DNA of 64,000 bases from an uncultured delta proteobacterium (GCA_963823335.1 CAWGLD010000001.1:384001-448000), one strand, 5' to 3'; shown: positions 40,572 through 50,563, counted from the first letter of the stretch. The notes: generated by a model not told the origin, from the letters alone. Made by a program: numbers and translations.

Positions 40572-41593
40572 ATCTCAGAAGAGCACTGAGGGCGGGAATA
40601 TTTCTGACAGTTCTTTTTGGTGGGCTTGTCTGTTACGTTCTAGCCACTGCCGCAGACAATGCACCGGACAAGGCTGCTGTGCAGGATTGTCTGTTCAAGG
40701 CGCTGGAAACTGCCCCGGACGGGACGACCATCGATGAGCTGCGGGCCCAGTGCCAGGCGGAAAAGCCAACAGAAGCCGATACAGAGGATGAAGGCCTTTT
40801 AGCGTCGAGACTCTACACCGATGCCGATGTATTGCGGCCCTTTACCCTCATGGCCCACAAACCCAATTATATCCTGGTGGCCTGCTACAACAACTCCCCG
40901 AACAATAGCCCGTGGCGTGAAGGATTCAAGGATTCTGAACCTGAATTGGATAATGTCGAGACCCAGTTCCAGGTCAGCATCAAGATCCCCTTGGCCATCG
41001 ATCTGTTCAACAAAAAGGTGGACATCTTTGGCGGCTATACGGTGCGGTCATACTGGCAGACATACAACAAAGATCTTTCTGAGTTCTTCCGGGAGACCAA
41101 CTACTCTCCGGAAGCCTGGGTGCAGGTCCGCAACGACTGGTCTTTTTGGGGGATTAAGAACACCATGTATGGGTTTGGTTTTGTGCATCAGTCCAACGGC
41201 AGAAACGACCCCATATCCAGAAGCTGGAACCGGATCTTTGCCACGTTTGTTTTTGAAAAAGGCAACCTGGCATTCAGTATTAAGCCGTGGTACCGGATCC
41301 CGGAGGCTGACAAAGACGACGACAATTCGGACATCACCGATTATATGGGACATGGCGAGATAGGAGCCGCCTATAAGTGGCATCGTAACACGTTTGCAGT
41401 TTTGTCGCGCAACAACCTGGAGTCCGGTTTCAAAAAGGGGGGGGTCGAGGCATCCTGGAGTTTTCCCCTCGGAAATTACAAGTATCTCAAGGGATATATC
41501 CAGGGGTTTACCGGCTACGGTCAGAGCCTGATTGATTACGACTCCAAAGAAACCAGCATCGGTATCGGTTTTGCGATGACCGACTTTCTGTAA
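40568..41593 (+). CDS. pldA: outer membrane phospholipase A
   Basis: FRETNYSPE, HQSNGR..SRSWNR, KPWYRIPE, GYGQSLIDY. Confidence 0.92.
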   Translation: MNLRRALRAGIFLTVLFGGLVCYVLATAADNAPDKAAVQDCLFKALETAPDGTTIDELRAQCQAEKPTEADTEDEGLLASRLYTDADVLRPFTLMAHKPNYILVACYNNSPNNSPWREGFKDSEPELDNVETQFQVSIKIPLAIDLFNKKVDIFGGYTVRSYWQTYNKDLSEFFRETNYSPEAWVQVRNDWSFWGIKNTMYGFGFVHQSNGRNDPISRSWNRIFATFVFEKGNLAFSIKPWYRIPEADKDDDNSDITDYMGHGEIGAAYKWHRNTFAVLSRNNLESGFKKGGVEASWSFPLGNYKYLKGYIQGFTGYGQSLIDYDSKETSIGIGFAMTDFL

Positions 41594-41633
41594 CACAGCA
41601 AGATATCGATGGCGTCGACCACTATATTCATCT

Positions 41634-41730
41634 TAGAGCGTTTGTCATAATAACGTTCCGATAGCGGCAGTTATTTGAGTCCGCGAGGGATTATAAATGA
41701 CATCTAATATGGCCTGATCCAAACGCTCTA
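41634..41730. mobile_element. 97-bp MITE-like element
   Basis: Perfect TIR TAGAGCGTTTG...CAAACGCTCTA. Confidence 0.65.
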
Positions 41731-42342
41731 ATAGTTGTTCTTCGTTTTTACAAAGATGTCTACATCCGGTTGATTCAATAACTGCTTGAGCTCTTGCAAA
41801 AAATTTCACGTAATTGCTCACCCTGTTTGTCCGGCCAGGGTTGAGGCATCTTTAACGCATAGCCTTGCTTGTGAAAAAACCGTACGACCGTCTCATAGCT
41901 GCATTCGATCTGGTACGCCTCACTGATGTAGCCATGAAATGCTTTGGCCGTCCAAAAAGTTCGGTCTGCTTGTTGCGGCTGATCTATCAGAACTGCCAGT
42001 TCCAAGGCCTGGTGATCTTTGATGATGGTCATTCTTCCCGGTCTCTTTTTGACAATCAGTCCGTCAACACCAGAATGATTAAAACCGTTAATCCATTTTC
42101 TTACTATGCGACTGGTGACCAACAAAGTATCACAAACAAGCTGTCTACTGGCGCCTGCTAAAAGCATTTGAATTGCAGTACAGCGTGTTGCCGTTTCGTT
42201 AGAACTAATCCGGGAAACCTGTTTAAGCTCTTGAATGGTTGCGTTTTCCGGGTACGGTATGAGTAAAGGTTGTGCCATATTCTTCAATATGGCATATCGT
42301 TCCGTAAAAGTCTAGATTTTTTGTTGATGAAATCAACACTAT
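41731..42342 (-). mobile_element. IS630-family remnant: HTH part of the transposase, catalytic DDE part missing
   Basis: WINGFNHSGVDGL..RPGR, FWTAK, CSYETVVRFFHKQGY..PQPWP; truncated after DVDI. Confidence 0.8.
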
Positions 42343-42439
42343 AGCGGTTGTCACAATCTGAATAATTTCAACCGGTACGTGAACACATCGTTGCCGGATT
42401 GAAAATTAGACCAAACGGAACATATTTATGACAACCGCT
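42343..42439. mobile_element. 97-bp MITE-like element
   Basis: Perfect TIR AGCGGTTGTCA...TGACAACCGCT. Confidence 0.65.
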
Positions 42440-42440
42440 T

Positions 42441-42641
42441 CCAATCAACGTTTCACGCGCACAGTGGCAGCTGAAAGACGGTTATGTGGTTGTACTTGTG
42501 GAACTACACGATGTCAATTATGAGGGGTCGACCTACCTCCTGGCCTATGATCCGAAAACGGACCGGCTGGCCGGCATCTATTTTCAAGCGCTGTTGAAAC
42601 AACAGTTTGAGGTGGTATTTCAAAGAACAAAACACAAATAG
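42441..42641 (+). pseudogene. probable 3' half of the gene starting at 16999
   Basis: Start-less frame PINVSRAQW..VELHDVNYEGSTYLLAYDPKTDRLAGIYFQALLKQQFEVVFQRTKHK*. Confidence 0.65.
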
Positions 42642-42868
42642 CTCGCATGCAGGGCTCAAAACCGAAACGTGACATCGAAGTAAAATGGCAGATACAGTAT
42701 GGAATATTTGAGAGAAAAGTAGCCAAAGTGGTAATTTTTGGGCAGGATATAAAAAGAGTTCTAGGGTAACGGAAGGCAATAAGCGGTAAGCTCTTTAGTA
42801 CTTGAAGCTTACCGCTTATTGCTTATCTTATGATCTTTCATCCCTGATCTTAATTGGATGGCTTGTGC

Positions 42869-43444
42869 TTACCAGTTTTCGCCTAACAACTCAAAATGTG
42901 CCTTGGGATGGGCGCAGGCAGGACACATTTCCGGTGCTTCCGTGCCTTCGGCCAGATAGCCACAGTTTCTGCAGCGCCACACAACGACCTGGTCTCTTTT
43001 GAATACCCGATCAGCCTCGATATTGCCGGCCAGATCCACATAGCGTTTTTCGTGCTGTTTCTCGGCCACAGAAACCATTTCCCAGACCATGGCGGCGGCC
43101 GCAAAGCCTTCGTCTTTGGCGATCTTGGCAAACCCGGGGTAAATTTCGGTATGCTCGGCGTGCTCTCCGGCAGCGGCAGCCTTTAGATTCTCAAGTGTGG
43201 ACCCGACGACACCGGCCGGAAATCCGGCCGTGATTTCCAGTTCCCCGCCTTCCAGAAGGCTGAAAAACCGCTTGGCATGTTCTTTTTCCTGGTTGGCCGT
43301 CTCTGCAAAAATATCCGAAATCTGGACATACCCGTCTTTTTTGGCCTTGCTCGCAAAGTAGGTGTATCGATTCCGGGCCTGGGATTCACCTGCAAAAGAT
43401 TTGAGCAGGTTCTTTTCTGTTTGACTACCTTTCAATTCTGCCAT
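42869..43444 (-). CDS. rbr: rubrerythrin
   Basis: SFAGESQARNRY, EKEH, EKQH, WRCRNCG..CPACAHP. Confidence 0.95.
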   Translation of the reverse strand: MAELKGSQTEKNLLKSFAGESQARNRYTYFASKAKKDGYVQISDIFAETANQEKEHAKRFFSLLEGGELEITAGFPAGVVGSTLENLKAAAAGEHAEHTEIYPGFAKIAKDEGFAAAAMVWEMVSVAEKQHEKRYVDLAGNIEADRVFKRDQVVVWRCRNCGYLAEGTEAPEMCPACAHPKAHFELLGENW

Positions 43445-43463
43445 TTGTTTCCTCCTTATTGGT

Positions 43464-43913
43464 TTAATTATGGGTTGACGCCTTTTGGCAATCCGGGCAG
43501 ATACCGAAAAAATCGATTCGGTGATTGACAATCCGGTATCCTGTTTTCAGAATAATCCGCTGTTCCAGGGCGGTTATCTCGAGGTCATCTGCATCCATGA
43601 TCTGTGTGCATTTGGTGCAGATCACATGTGTATGCGGATTGGGTCGTTTTCCATCGTATCGATTGCTTCCCTTGCTGAATTCGAGTTCCATCACCGCCCC
43701 CATTTCCTTGGCAAGGGAAATTGTTTTGTAGACAGTCGCCTTGCTGGTCATGGGAAAATCGACCCTGACCCTTTCATAAATCTGATCCACCGTCGGGTGC
43801 GTGTCACTGGTAACCAGAATTTTCAGAACAGCCTGTCGCTGGGGTGTCATGCGATGCCCTGCCGCCTGCATCTGTTTTACCAATGGATGGATCATGGTGT
43901 ACGAATTCGTCAA
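43464..43913 (-). CDS. Fur family regulator, PerR-like
   Basis: RMTPQR, HPT, ATVYK, HTHVICTKC, GICPDC; upstream of rbr. Confidence 0.9.
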   Translation of the reverse strand: MTNSYTMIHPLVKQMQAAGHRMTPQRQAVLKILVTSDTHPTVDQIYERVRVDFPMTSKATVYKTISLAKEMGAVMELEFSKGSNRYDGKRPNPHTHVICTKCTQIMDADDLEITALEQRIILKTGYRIVNHRIDFFGICPDCQKASTHN

Positions 43914-43950
43914 TGTCGGTATCCAAGGTGTCGGAAGCGTTCATGATTGT

Positions 43951-43969
43951 CAAGAATGATTATCTCTAA
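43951..43969 (-). promoter_or_regulatory. Fur/Per-box-like site overlapping a TTGACA
   Basis: Minus strand TTAGAGATAATCATTCTTG(ACA) upstream of the Fur-family gene. Confidence 0.4.
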
Positions 43970-44042
43970 ATAATAGATCTCTTGTTTGGCATCAGGGGTC
44001 TATAATGTCAAGCAATAAATTCGCCTGCGGAATTTTATCGCG

Positions 44043-45557
44043 TCAGGGTTCATCGATGGGATATGTATAGAGGAAGGACTTGTCAAACAAATCCGGATCC
44101 GTAAAATGTCCCCGACCGACCATCTTGATGGCGTGGTGGCCCCGTTGTCTCATATACCCAACGTTGGGTATGCCCATGGAAAAGAAGATATAGGGTTCGA
44201 TCCGCCAGGAGTCTTTCATGATACCCGTCGGTAAAAAAACGCTCTCCCTTTGTCCCGTATCTTTTGGCAGGGACTCCAGTATCTCGTATGGGAAAAGTGC
44301 ATAAGCGACACCGGAAGCAGACACCTGCTCCGTAAAAACTTTATGGACCTGATGCCACCCGGAGTTGACCCGCAGGTTCATCTGTTCTGCCGGAAATTTC
44401 TCCGGCAGCCACGCCGGGACCAGAGGGGCAATTTCGCCCGGTGTTGTTACAACCTTTGCAATGATAGCCTTTCGGGGGACAAAGAAATAATAACAGCCAC
44501 AATTGTTCATAATGTCCACCATCACAGGTTTCCCCGTTCTATCCAGGGTAACACGATAGCTTAAGCCATCCAGGGGACCGCGCTCTATCCAGGGTGCATT
44601 TTTACCGGCCCTTTCAGAATACCAGAAGGCGTAATTTATCTGCAGCGCCGGATAACCGTCCAGGAAACTGTGCGAGGTATAATAATAGACGACCGGTTGT
44701 CCGGTATCGACCCGGACCCGGTTATCTTGCCATACAATTTGACCGATTCGATCATAATCGTTGACCACGTCCTGATGTATGATGGGCGCAAACATGTTTG
44801 CCAGATACCGTTCATCCAGTGCCGTTAAAACAGGCAAACCAAAAACATCCAGAGAAAGCGGATCATACAGGCGGTTCATGAAGGTCTGCTGATCCGTTGA
44901 ATCGTGCGATTCGGGATAAAAGCGCATCAGCCGGCCATCGATGTCAAGATCGTTCAAAGGTGTTCGATGCCATTTTTCAACCCGGCTGTAAGCCATAGAT
45001 GTAGCAATGCTGACGGGGATGCACGCCAGCGGATATAGACCAAAAAATCGTGCCACGCTGGAATACTCATCCGGTATTTTAACGGCTCTCTTCAAAATTT
45101 CCATGAAATCGGGGTTGGTCTGGTCGTCACCTAACATTCTGATGGCATAGGTTTCCGTCTTTTGATAAATCGTATCATCATCGACCGTTTCCCCGGTCGC
45201 CCTGGAAATCTCCATCAATGCTGCCGCGGAAAGAGTGGAAAGCTCCTTTCGGCGGGAAGCTAAACCCAGTTTCAGCATTTGCTCGACCCAGTAGGCGCCA
45301 GCATCGGGAGAGACCAGTCGCTCTTTCATAGCCGCCAAAAATCGATTGCTTCTCAGATATGGAAATCCCGGGACCTCGAATCCAGAGGCATCCGAAACAG
45401 CATATTTTTTAACGGTCGTGTCGAGATGCTTGAAAAACAGAGTGGCACGCGCATCCCTGGGAAACGATTCGATCTCTTTCTGGACCATGGTGCCGGCGCA
45501 CCCCAGCAGGAAAAGCCAAAAGATTCCAATGACTATAGGTAAAATTCTATTCATCAT
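44043..45557 (-). CDS. hypothetical lipoprotein
   Basis: 504 aa; FLLGC lipobox; NNCGCY and RQRGHH motifs; no family recognised. Confidence 0.7.
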   Translation of the reverse strand: MMNRILPIVIGIFWLFLLGCAGTMVQKEIESFPRDARATLFFKHLDTTVKKYAVSDASGFEVPGFPYLRSNRFLAAMKERLVSPDAGAYWVEQMLKLGLASRRKELSTLSAAALMEISRATGETVDDDTIYQKTETYAIRMLGDDQTNPDFMEILKRAVKIPDEYSSVARFFGLYPLACIPVSIATSMAYSRVEKWHRTPLNDLDIDGRLMRFYPESHDSTDQQTFMNRLYDPLSLDVFGLPVLTALDERYLANMFAPIIHQDVVNDYDRIGQIVWQDNRVRVDTGQPVVYYYTSHSFLDGYPALQINYAFWYSERAGKNAPWIERGPLDGLSYRVTLDRTGKPVMVDIMNNCGCYYFFVPRKAIIAKVVTTPGEIAPLVPAWLPEKFPAEQMNLRVNSGWHQVHKVFTEQVSASGVAYALFPYEILESLPKDTGQRESVFLPTGIMKDSWRIEPYIFFSMGIPNVGYMRQRGHHAIKMVGRGHFTDPDLFDKSFLYTYPIDEP

Positions 45558-45567
45558 CTTTTCCAGT

Positions 45568-45700
45568 CAAAGGAGACGGCATGTCTCCTTAAGTTCAGGT
45601 TCGGAACCGCGTTCCAAGCATGCGGTTTGTAGAACAATCAATGCCTTCGGACGGCATTTGCGCTTCGCGCGTGATTGATTGTTGCCAATAGCTGACGGCT
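45568..45700. repeat. 74-nt repeat copy 2 (45568-45641) joined to a minus-strand mini-hairpin array
   Basis: Minus strand AATCAC-GCGC-GAA-GCGC-A-AATGCC-GTCC-GAA-GGC runs directly into the repeat. Confidence 0.75.
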
Positions 45701-45793
45701 TAAGCTAAAACTTAAAACGGTTAATAATGCCATACAGGATAGAACGCTCTGTCAGAAAAACAGCGTCTCAGGGGTTACTCTGACCCGATGAAC

Positions 45794-46354
45794 TCAGAGC
45801 AGCTGTCTGAGGAAGGACACACCAAAACAGGATGCGATAATGTTGATGACACCCGCATCCATCCGGTGCTCATTGCCTGACAAGGTATTACAGGGAAATT
45901 CACGCCAGTTTATGTCCACGGACAAGTCCGGCTCCGGCTCTTCGGAAAGGGTCAATGGCCAGAGAGAGCAGGCCATTGGTTTCAAGTCCACCGGGGAGAC
46001 CCGAAGATCAAGCGCCACCGAGTGAAGAGCACAAAAGGTTTCACCCGAAGATTTTGCATAGGTAAAGACACAGGATTCATCCTCGTTGGCGTCGATACAA
46101 AAGCTTGCATCATCACATTCTTCGAACACGTTTTTGAATCCCTGGCCATTTTTTATGCTAGGGGTATAACGGGCTATCAGGGGAAAACATCCCACAATTC
46201 TCTCAAGCTCCGACTGACTGACATGCGGAACATACCTGGAGCAGCAGGAAGGGCAGTTCCTGCATGTTTTGGGATGGCATTTATGACGAATGGTCTTGAG
46301 AGCGGCAAGGTCCACCCGTATGCCATGGATGATGGGCTTGGGATCTTTGATCAT
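45794..46354 (-). CDS. Cys-rich protein, YkgJ/DUF3109-like (Fe-S or Zn cluster)
   Basis: CxxxxCxxCxxCC, CVF, CALH, KPMACSLWP. Confidence 0.65.
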   Translation of the reverse strand: MIKDPKPIIHGIRVDLAALKTIRHKCHPKTCRNCPSCCSRYVPHVSQSELERIVGCFPLIARYTPSIKNGQGFKNVFEECDDASFCIDANEDESCVFTYAKSSGETFCALHSVALDLRVSPVDLKPMACSLWPLTLSEEPEPDLSVDINWREFPCNTLSGNEHRMDAGVINIIASCFGVSFLRQLL

Positions 46355-46358
46355 GTTT

Positions 46359-47594
46359 CTAGAATCGATACACGGTTGGTCTGCAATTCTTGTCAATATC
46401 GATACCGATGGTATCCCCGGTTTTGAAGCCTAGTGCCTGGAATCTCTTGACCACTTCTTCATATCTGTCCGCATGCCAGTAGACACTCCACAAGGGGTTT
46501 CTTACCGTATCGATACCGTAGGCATCGTGGCTGCAGAAATTGAAACGAACCTTCTCCTTGGCAATCAAGGTATCGGCTTCAGAAATAAAATAATCGGTGG
46601 CATAGATGTTGTTCTGCAAGGCTTTAGACAATCGGCGCTGCTGTTCGGGTGTGTCATCCAGGTAGTGGTTCGCCACCTGATACAGTCCTTCCGGCGCCTT
46701 GAGACTCAGCCCGAGAATACCGAAACGCTGATGCATGAGGGCAAATTTTTCCATTTGGTTTTCAGCATCTTCGATAATGGCAAGCACATCCTCGATCTGC
46801 CACGTTTTATCTGTCCAGCCATGGTAAAGTTTTTCACATCCGCCGATGACGTTCAGATAAAAGGCCCGCATGTCAATCACGTAGATAGGCCGTTCACGAT
46901 AACTTCTGCGAATCCGGCATCGGCGGACCCCGTCCAGAACCACAGACCGTTCCACCTCTGTCTGCTCGAGCATCTCAATACCAGAAATGTCTTTGGCCTG
47001 CACCACATGGATCTGGTCCTCTTTATCGATAATGTATTCAATTTCGCACTTGAAACCAAGATAGTCCTGAACTTTTTTGGAGATTTCGAGCAGGTGAAGG
47101 TTGTGAGGTGTTTGGGTAATGTGCGGGTCATTCTGAAGCTTGCCGACCTCGTTTTGGCAGTACCCGAACTCCCAGTAATCACCGATCATCTTGGCCATCA
47201 CGCTGGTACCTTCTATCAGGGGCATAACGATGATGCCCGTGGCTTCAGGATCGATCTCCGGTGCATGGTAAAACTTCTGCTGGCGTTTGAAACTCAGACG
47301 GCGCGTTGTCAGGGCCATTTTTATGATTCGTTTTCGTGCATATTTGACACCGCCGATATCGGCATATGTCTGCAGGGAATCAAAGGTGCCACCCCGATAG
47401 AATTCCTCCATGGGATGAGCGCTTCGAGCCAGAATTTTGTAGCTCTCGCGGTGTTTTTCGAGAAATTTTTCCAGTTCCTCGAAATCCTCGTTTTCAAAAT
47501 TCTGGGCCGGAACATACAGAAAATCAGGAACATTGAATTTCCCTTTTGTCAGCTTTTCCAGCAAGCGTGCTTTTTCGGGTACTTCTAGTGCCAT
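46359..47594 (-). CDS. PEP/pyruvate-binding (PPDK_N, ATP-grasp)-like domain plus unknown C-terminal domain
   Basis: KA.LL..L..FNVPDF, RSA..E..GG.FDS, GIIVMP.I, EIEY..HVVQAKDI. Confidence 0.6.
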   Translation of the reverse strand: MALEVPEKARLLEKLTKGKFNVPDFLYVPAQNFENEDFEELEKFLEKHRESYKILARSAHPMEEFYRGGTFDSLQTYADIGGVKYARKRIIKMALTTRRLSFKRQQKFYHAPEIDPEATGIIVMPLIEGTSVMAKMIGDYWEFGYCQNEVGKLQNDPHITQTPHNLHLLEISKKVQDYLGFKCEIEYIIDKEDQIHVVQAKDISGIEMLEQTEVERSVVLDGVRRCRIRRSYRERPIYVIDMRAFYLNVIGGCEKLYHGWTDKTWQIEDVLAIIEDAENQMEKFALMHQRFGILGLSLKAPEGLYQVANHYLDDTPEQQRRLSKALQNNIYATDYFISEADTLIAKEKVRFNFCSHDAYGIDTVRNPLWSVYWHADRYEEVVKRFQALGFKTGDTIGIDIDKNCRPTVYRF

Positions 47595-47737
47595 GGAGTC
47601 CCTAAACAGGATAATCGAAGGATGTTAGCGGTTTTCTGGTCGAGGATTTCACCAGGTCCTGTTCTCTTTGCCAACCAGCTGGTCGAACCGGCAAAAAACA
47701 TTATTTCTTGACCTTGTCTTTTCGAACAGGTAAGCTC

Positions 47738-47757
47738 TCGACTGAGTGCTCACTCGA
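47738..47757. promoter_or_regulatory. candidate TetR operator
   Basis: TCGACTGAGTGCTCACTCGA, 16/20 palindromic, 28 nt before the TetR ATG. Confidence 0.55.
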
Positions 47758-47785
47758 ATGTAAATCATATCATGACAATTTCCAA

Positions 47786-48376
47786 ATGTCCAAAAAAAAA
47801 AGCGACATCCTGAAAACCGCCACACGCCTGTTTGCACATAAAGGTTTCCGCCAGACCTCCATGGCCGAACTTTCCCGCTTGAGCAAGGCTGCAGAAGGTA
47901 CCATTTTCTACTACTTTAAAACCAAGGAAAATCTGTTGGTTGCCGTCCTTGAAAACGCCAGAGACGCCATCGTCGACGCTTTCAGAGACGCTATGCGTGA
48001 CAAGGTCTCCCTCTCCGGAATCGACAGGATCGAAGCCCTGCTGACCTTCTATCTCCATCAAACCGAACACATGCAGGAAGAATTCTTAATTCTCCATCGA
48101 CACTTTCCCTATGAAAAGGCGGAAGCGAATTCGTTGTGCAGAGAGTATCTGGCGTCGATTTACAACTGCGTATTGGACCATCTGGAAGCAGCCCTTGCAA
48201 GGGGGCGGGAAGACGGAACCATTACGGCAGCACCCGGCAGCAACACTGCCATGATCCTTTTTTCATCGCTTGACGGCATGGCCCGTTTCAATACCTTACG
48301 TATCTACAATACCGGCACCCTTTACACGGAGTTCATGATGATGTGCAGAAAAATGCTGACCTTCAGGAATGGATGA
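47786..48376 (+). CDS. TetR/AcrR family regulator
   Basis: LFAHKGF.QTS..GTIFYYFKTKENL. Confidence 0.9.
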   Translation: MSKKKSDILKTATRLFAHKGFRQTSMAELSRLSKAAEGTIFYYFKTKENLLVAVLENARDAIVDAFRDAMRDKVSLSGIDRIEALLTFYLHQTEHMQEEFLILHRHFPYEKAEANSLCREYLASIYNCVLDHLEAALARGREDGTITAAPGSNTAMILFSSLDGMARFNTLRIYNTGTLYTEFMMMCRKMLTFRNG

Positions 48377-50560
48377 ATGTTTAAAAAACTATTGCCATTT
48401 TTAGCCTGGTTCGACCGCTATAATCTTGACATCGCTAAAAAAGATCTGTCGGGAGGCATTACCGTCGCCCTCGTCCTTATCCCGCAGTCCATGGCCTATG
48501 CGCAGCTGGCAGGTCTTCCCATCCAGGCCGGTTTGTACGCGTCCCTGCTCCCTCCGATCATTGCCATCCTCTTTGGGTCAAGCTGGCAGCTTTCCACAGG
48601 CCCGGTTGCCGTCGTTTCTTTAATGACGGCTGCCGCTCTGGAGCCGATTGCCACCACCGGAAGCCTGGGCTATATGTCCTATGCCCTGCTGCTGGCATTC
48701 ATGGTGGGGCTTTTTCAGTTTTTGCTGGGTATCTTGAAGCTCGGCTTGATTATCAATCTTCTCTCACACCCCGTAATCAATGGTTTCACCAATGCCGCCG
48801 CCCTGATCATTGCGACATCCCAGCTGCCCAAGATGCTGGGGATACACATAGACCCCGGCAGCTACCATTATGAAACACTCATCCGGGTTGTAGAAACCGC
48901 TATCCTGTACACGCACTGGCCGACACTCCTGATGGGCGTTTTAGCTTTTGTCATCATGGTCGTCACCAAGCGTCTCGACAGCCGATGCCCGGGTGTCCTG
49001 ATGGCAGTCGTTGTAACGACCCTCATCTCATGGGCACTTCATTTCGAGCACAATATCAGCGTCAACATATCGGCCATAAAACATAGCGAAACAGCCCATT
49101 TGATAGAAAACTTCAATCAAATGAGCCTGATGATTCCGACCCTCTCCGAGCAGCGCGCCCTCCAGAAAAACAAACAGCTGTCCGCTAAAAAAGAAAATGA
49201 TATCTTCGCCATGCTGGATGCCCGTAGAGAGGTGGATGGGCTTACCGTTCAAATCGATCAACTGAAATACCAGATTCACCTCATTCGTAAAAATATCAGG
49301 CACCTGTTGTTTGTCCAGGTAATACAACCCGATGGCAGAATCAGTTTTATGGAAAAATCCAGCGTTAACCAGGGCAAAGCGCTGGACAAGCGGATTTATC
49401 GTATTTCTGTGGGCAATAATGCCATCGATCCAGATCAGGTCACCTTTATGGGTGGTGGTGAAGTTGTGGGACAGATACCGACAGGTATGCCCTCGTTGAA
49501 GGCGGTACCATTCAACACATCCATCTTCAGTCACCTGCTGCCTTTTGCTGTTATCATTGCCCTGCTCGGCTTTATGGAAGCCATCTCCATTGCCAAGGCA
49601 ATGGCGGCAAAAACGGGCCAGCGGCTTGACCCCAACCAGGAGCTGCTGGGGCAGGGACTGGCCAACATGACCGGCTCCTTTTCCGGCGGTTACACGGTTT
49701 CCGGTTCCTTTTCCCGCTCAGCGGTGAACCTCAAAGCAGGTGCTGTTACGGGCATGTCATCTGTTTTCTCCAGTCTGATCGTACTGGCATGTCTGCTTTT
49801 TTTTACACCCCTTCTCTACCATCTCCCGCAATCCGTACTGGCGGCAGTGATCATGATGGCGGTGGTAGGACTGATCAATATTTCCGGTTTTGTCTACGCC
49901 TGGCGTGTCAAACACCACGACGGCATCATTTCGGTACTCACATTTCTGAGTACGCTCATATTTGCACCCCATCTTGACAAAGGTCTTTTCGTGGGTGTCG
50001 GACTTTCTCTGATGGTATTTCTGTACAAGTCCATGCGTCCCGCCATTGCGTCTCTGTCTTTGAGCACAGACAAGGGACTGCACGATGCGCTGGTCTTCGG
50101 GCTCAAGACCTGTCGCTACATCGATGTTGTCCGCTTTGATGGTCCGCTCTTTTTTGCCAATTCGAGTTATCTCGAAGAACAGATAGCCAGCCATCGTAAA
50201 AACCAGCCTGCTCTGAGGCACATCCTCCTGGTATCCAACGGCATCAACGATATCGATGCTTCCGGACAGGAAACATTGTCTCTTTTGATCGACAGGACCA
50301 GAAGCGCCGGGATCGATATCTCCTTGAGTGGCGTCAACGATTCTGTCATGACGGTGTTGGAACGTACCCACCTGGTTGCCAAGATCGGCCGGGATCATAT
50401 TTTCCCTAACACCCATACGGCCTTGCGCTTCATCCATGGAAAAACACATAAAGACAACGAAGTCGAAAACTGCCCATTGAAAAATGTGGTTTTCCAAACA
50501 CCTGCAAAAGGAAAGACAGATCAAAACGACATTGAAGTCGACCAGGACTGGACGGTATAG
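48377..50560 (+). CDS. SulP family anion transporter with STAS domain and large loop insertion
   Basis: PQSMAYA.LAGLP, TGPVAV, DPNQEL, GSFSRSAVN, LFFANS, IDASG. Confidence 0.92.
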   Translation: MFKKLLPFLAWFDRYNLDIAKKDLSGGITVALVLIPQSMAYAQLAGLPIQAGLYASLLPPIIAILFGSSWQLSTGPVAVVSLMTAAALEPIATTGSLGYMSYALLLAFMVGLFQFLLGILKLGLIINLLSHPVINGFTNAAALIIATSQLPKMLGIHIDPGSYHYETLIRVVETAILYTHWPTLLMGVLAFVIMVVTKRLDSRCPGVLMAVVVTTLISWALHFEHNISVNISAIKHSETAHLIENFNQMSLMIPTLSEQRALQKNKQLSAKKENDIFAMLDARREVDGLTVQIDQLKYQIHLIRKNIRHLLFVQVIQPDGRISFMEKSSVNQGKALDKRIYRISVGNNAIDPDQVTFMGGGEVVGQIPTGMPSLKAVPFNTSIFSHLLPFAVIIALLGFMEAISIAKAMAAKTGQRLDPNQELLGQGLANMTGSFSGGYTVSGSFSRSAVNLKAGAVTGMSSVFSSLIVLACLLFFTPLLYHLPQSVLAAVIMMAVVGLINISGFVYAWRVKHHDGIISVLTFLSTLIFAPHLDKGLFVGVGLSLMVFLYKSMRPAIASLSLSTDKGLHDALVFGLKTCRYIDVVRFDGPLFFANSSYLEEQIASHRKNQPALRHILLVSNGINDIDASGQETLSLLIDRTRSAGIDISLSGVNDSVMTVLERTHLVAKIGRDHIFPNTHTALRFIHGKTHKDNEVENCPLKNVVFQTPAKGKTDQNDIEVDQDWTV

Positions 50561-50563
50561 AAA

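Noticed and set aside
17248-42440. Prophage or ICE identity for the island
   Set aside because: No integrase, phage structural, relaxase or T4SS genes and no tRNA attachment site
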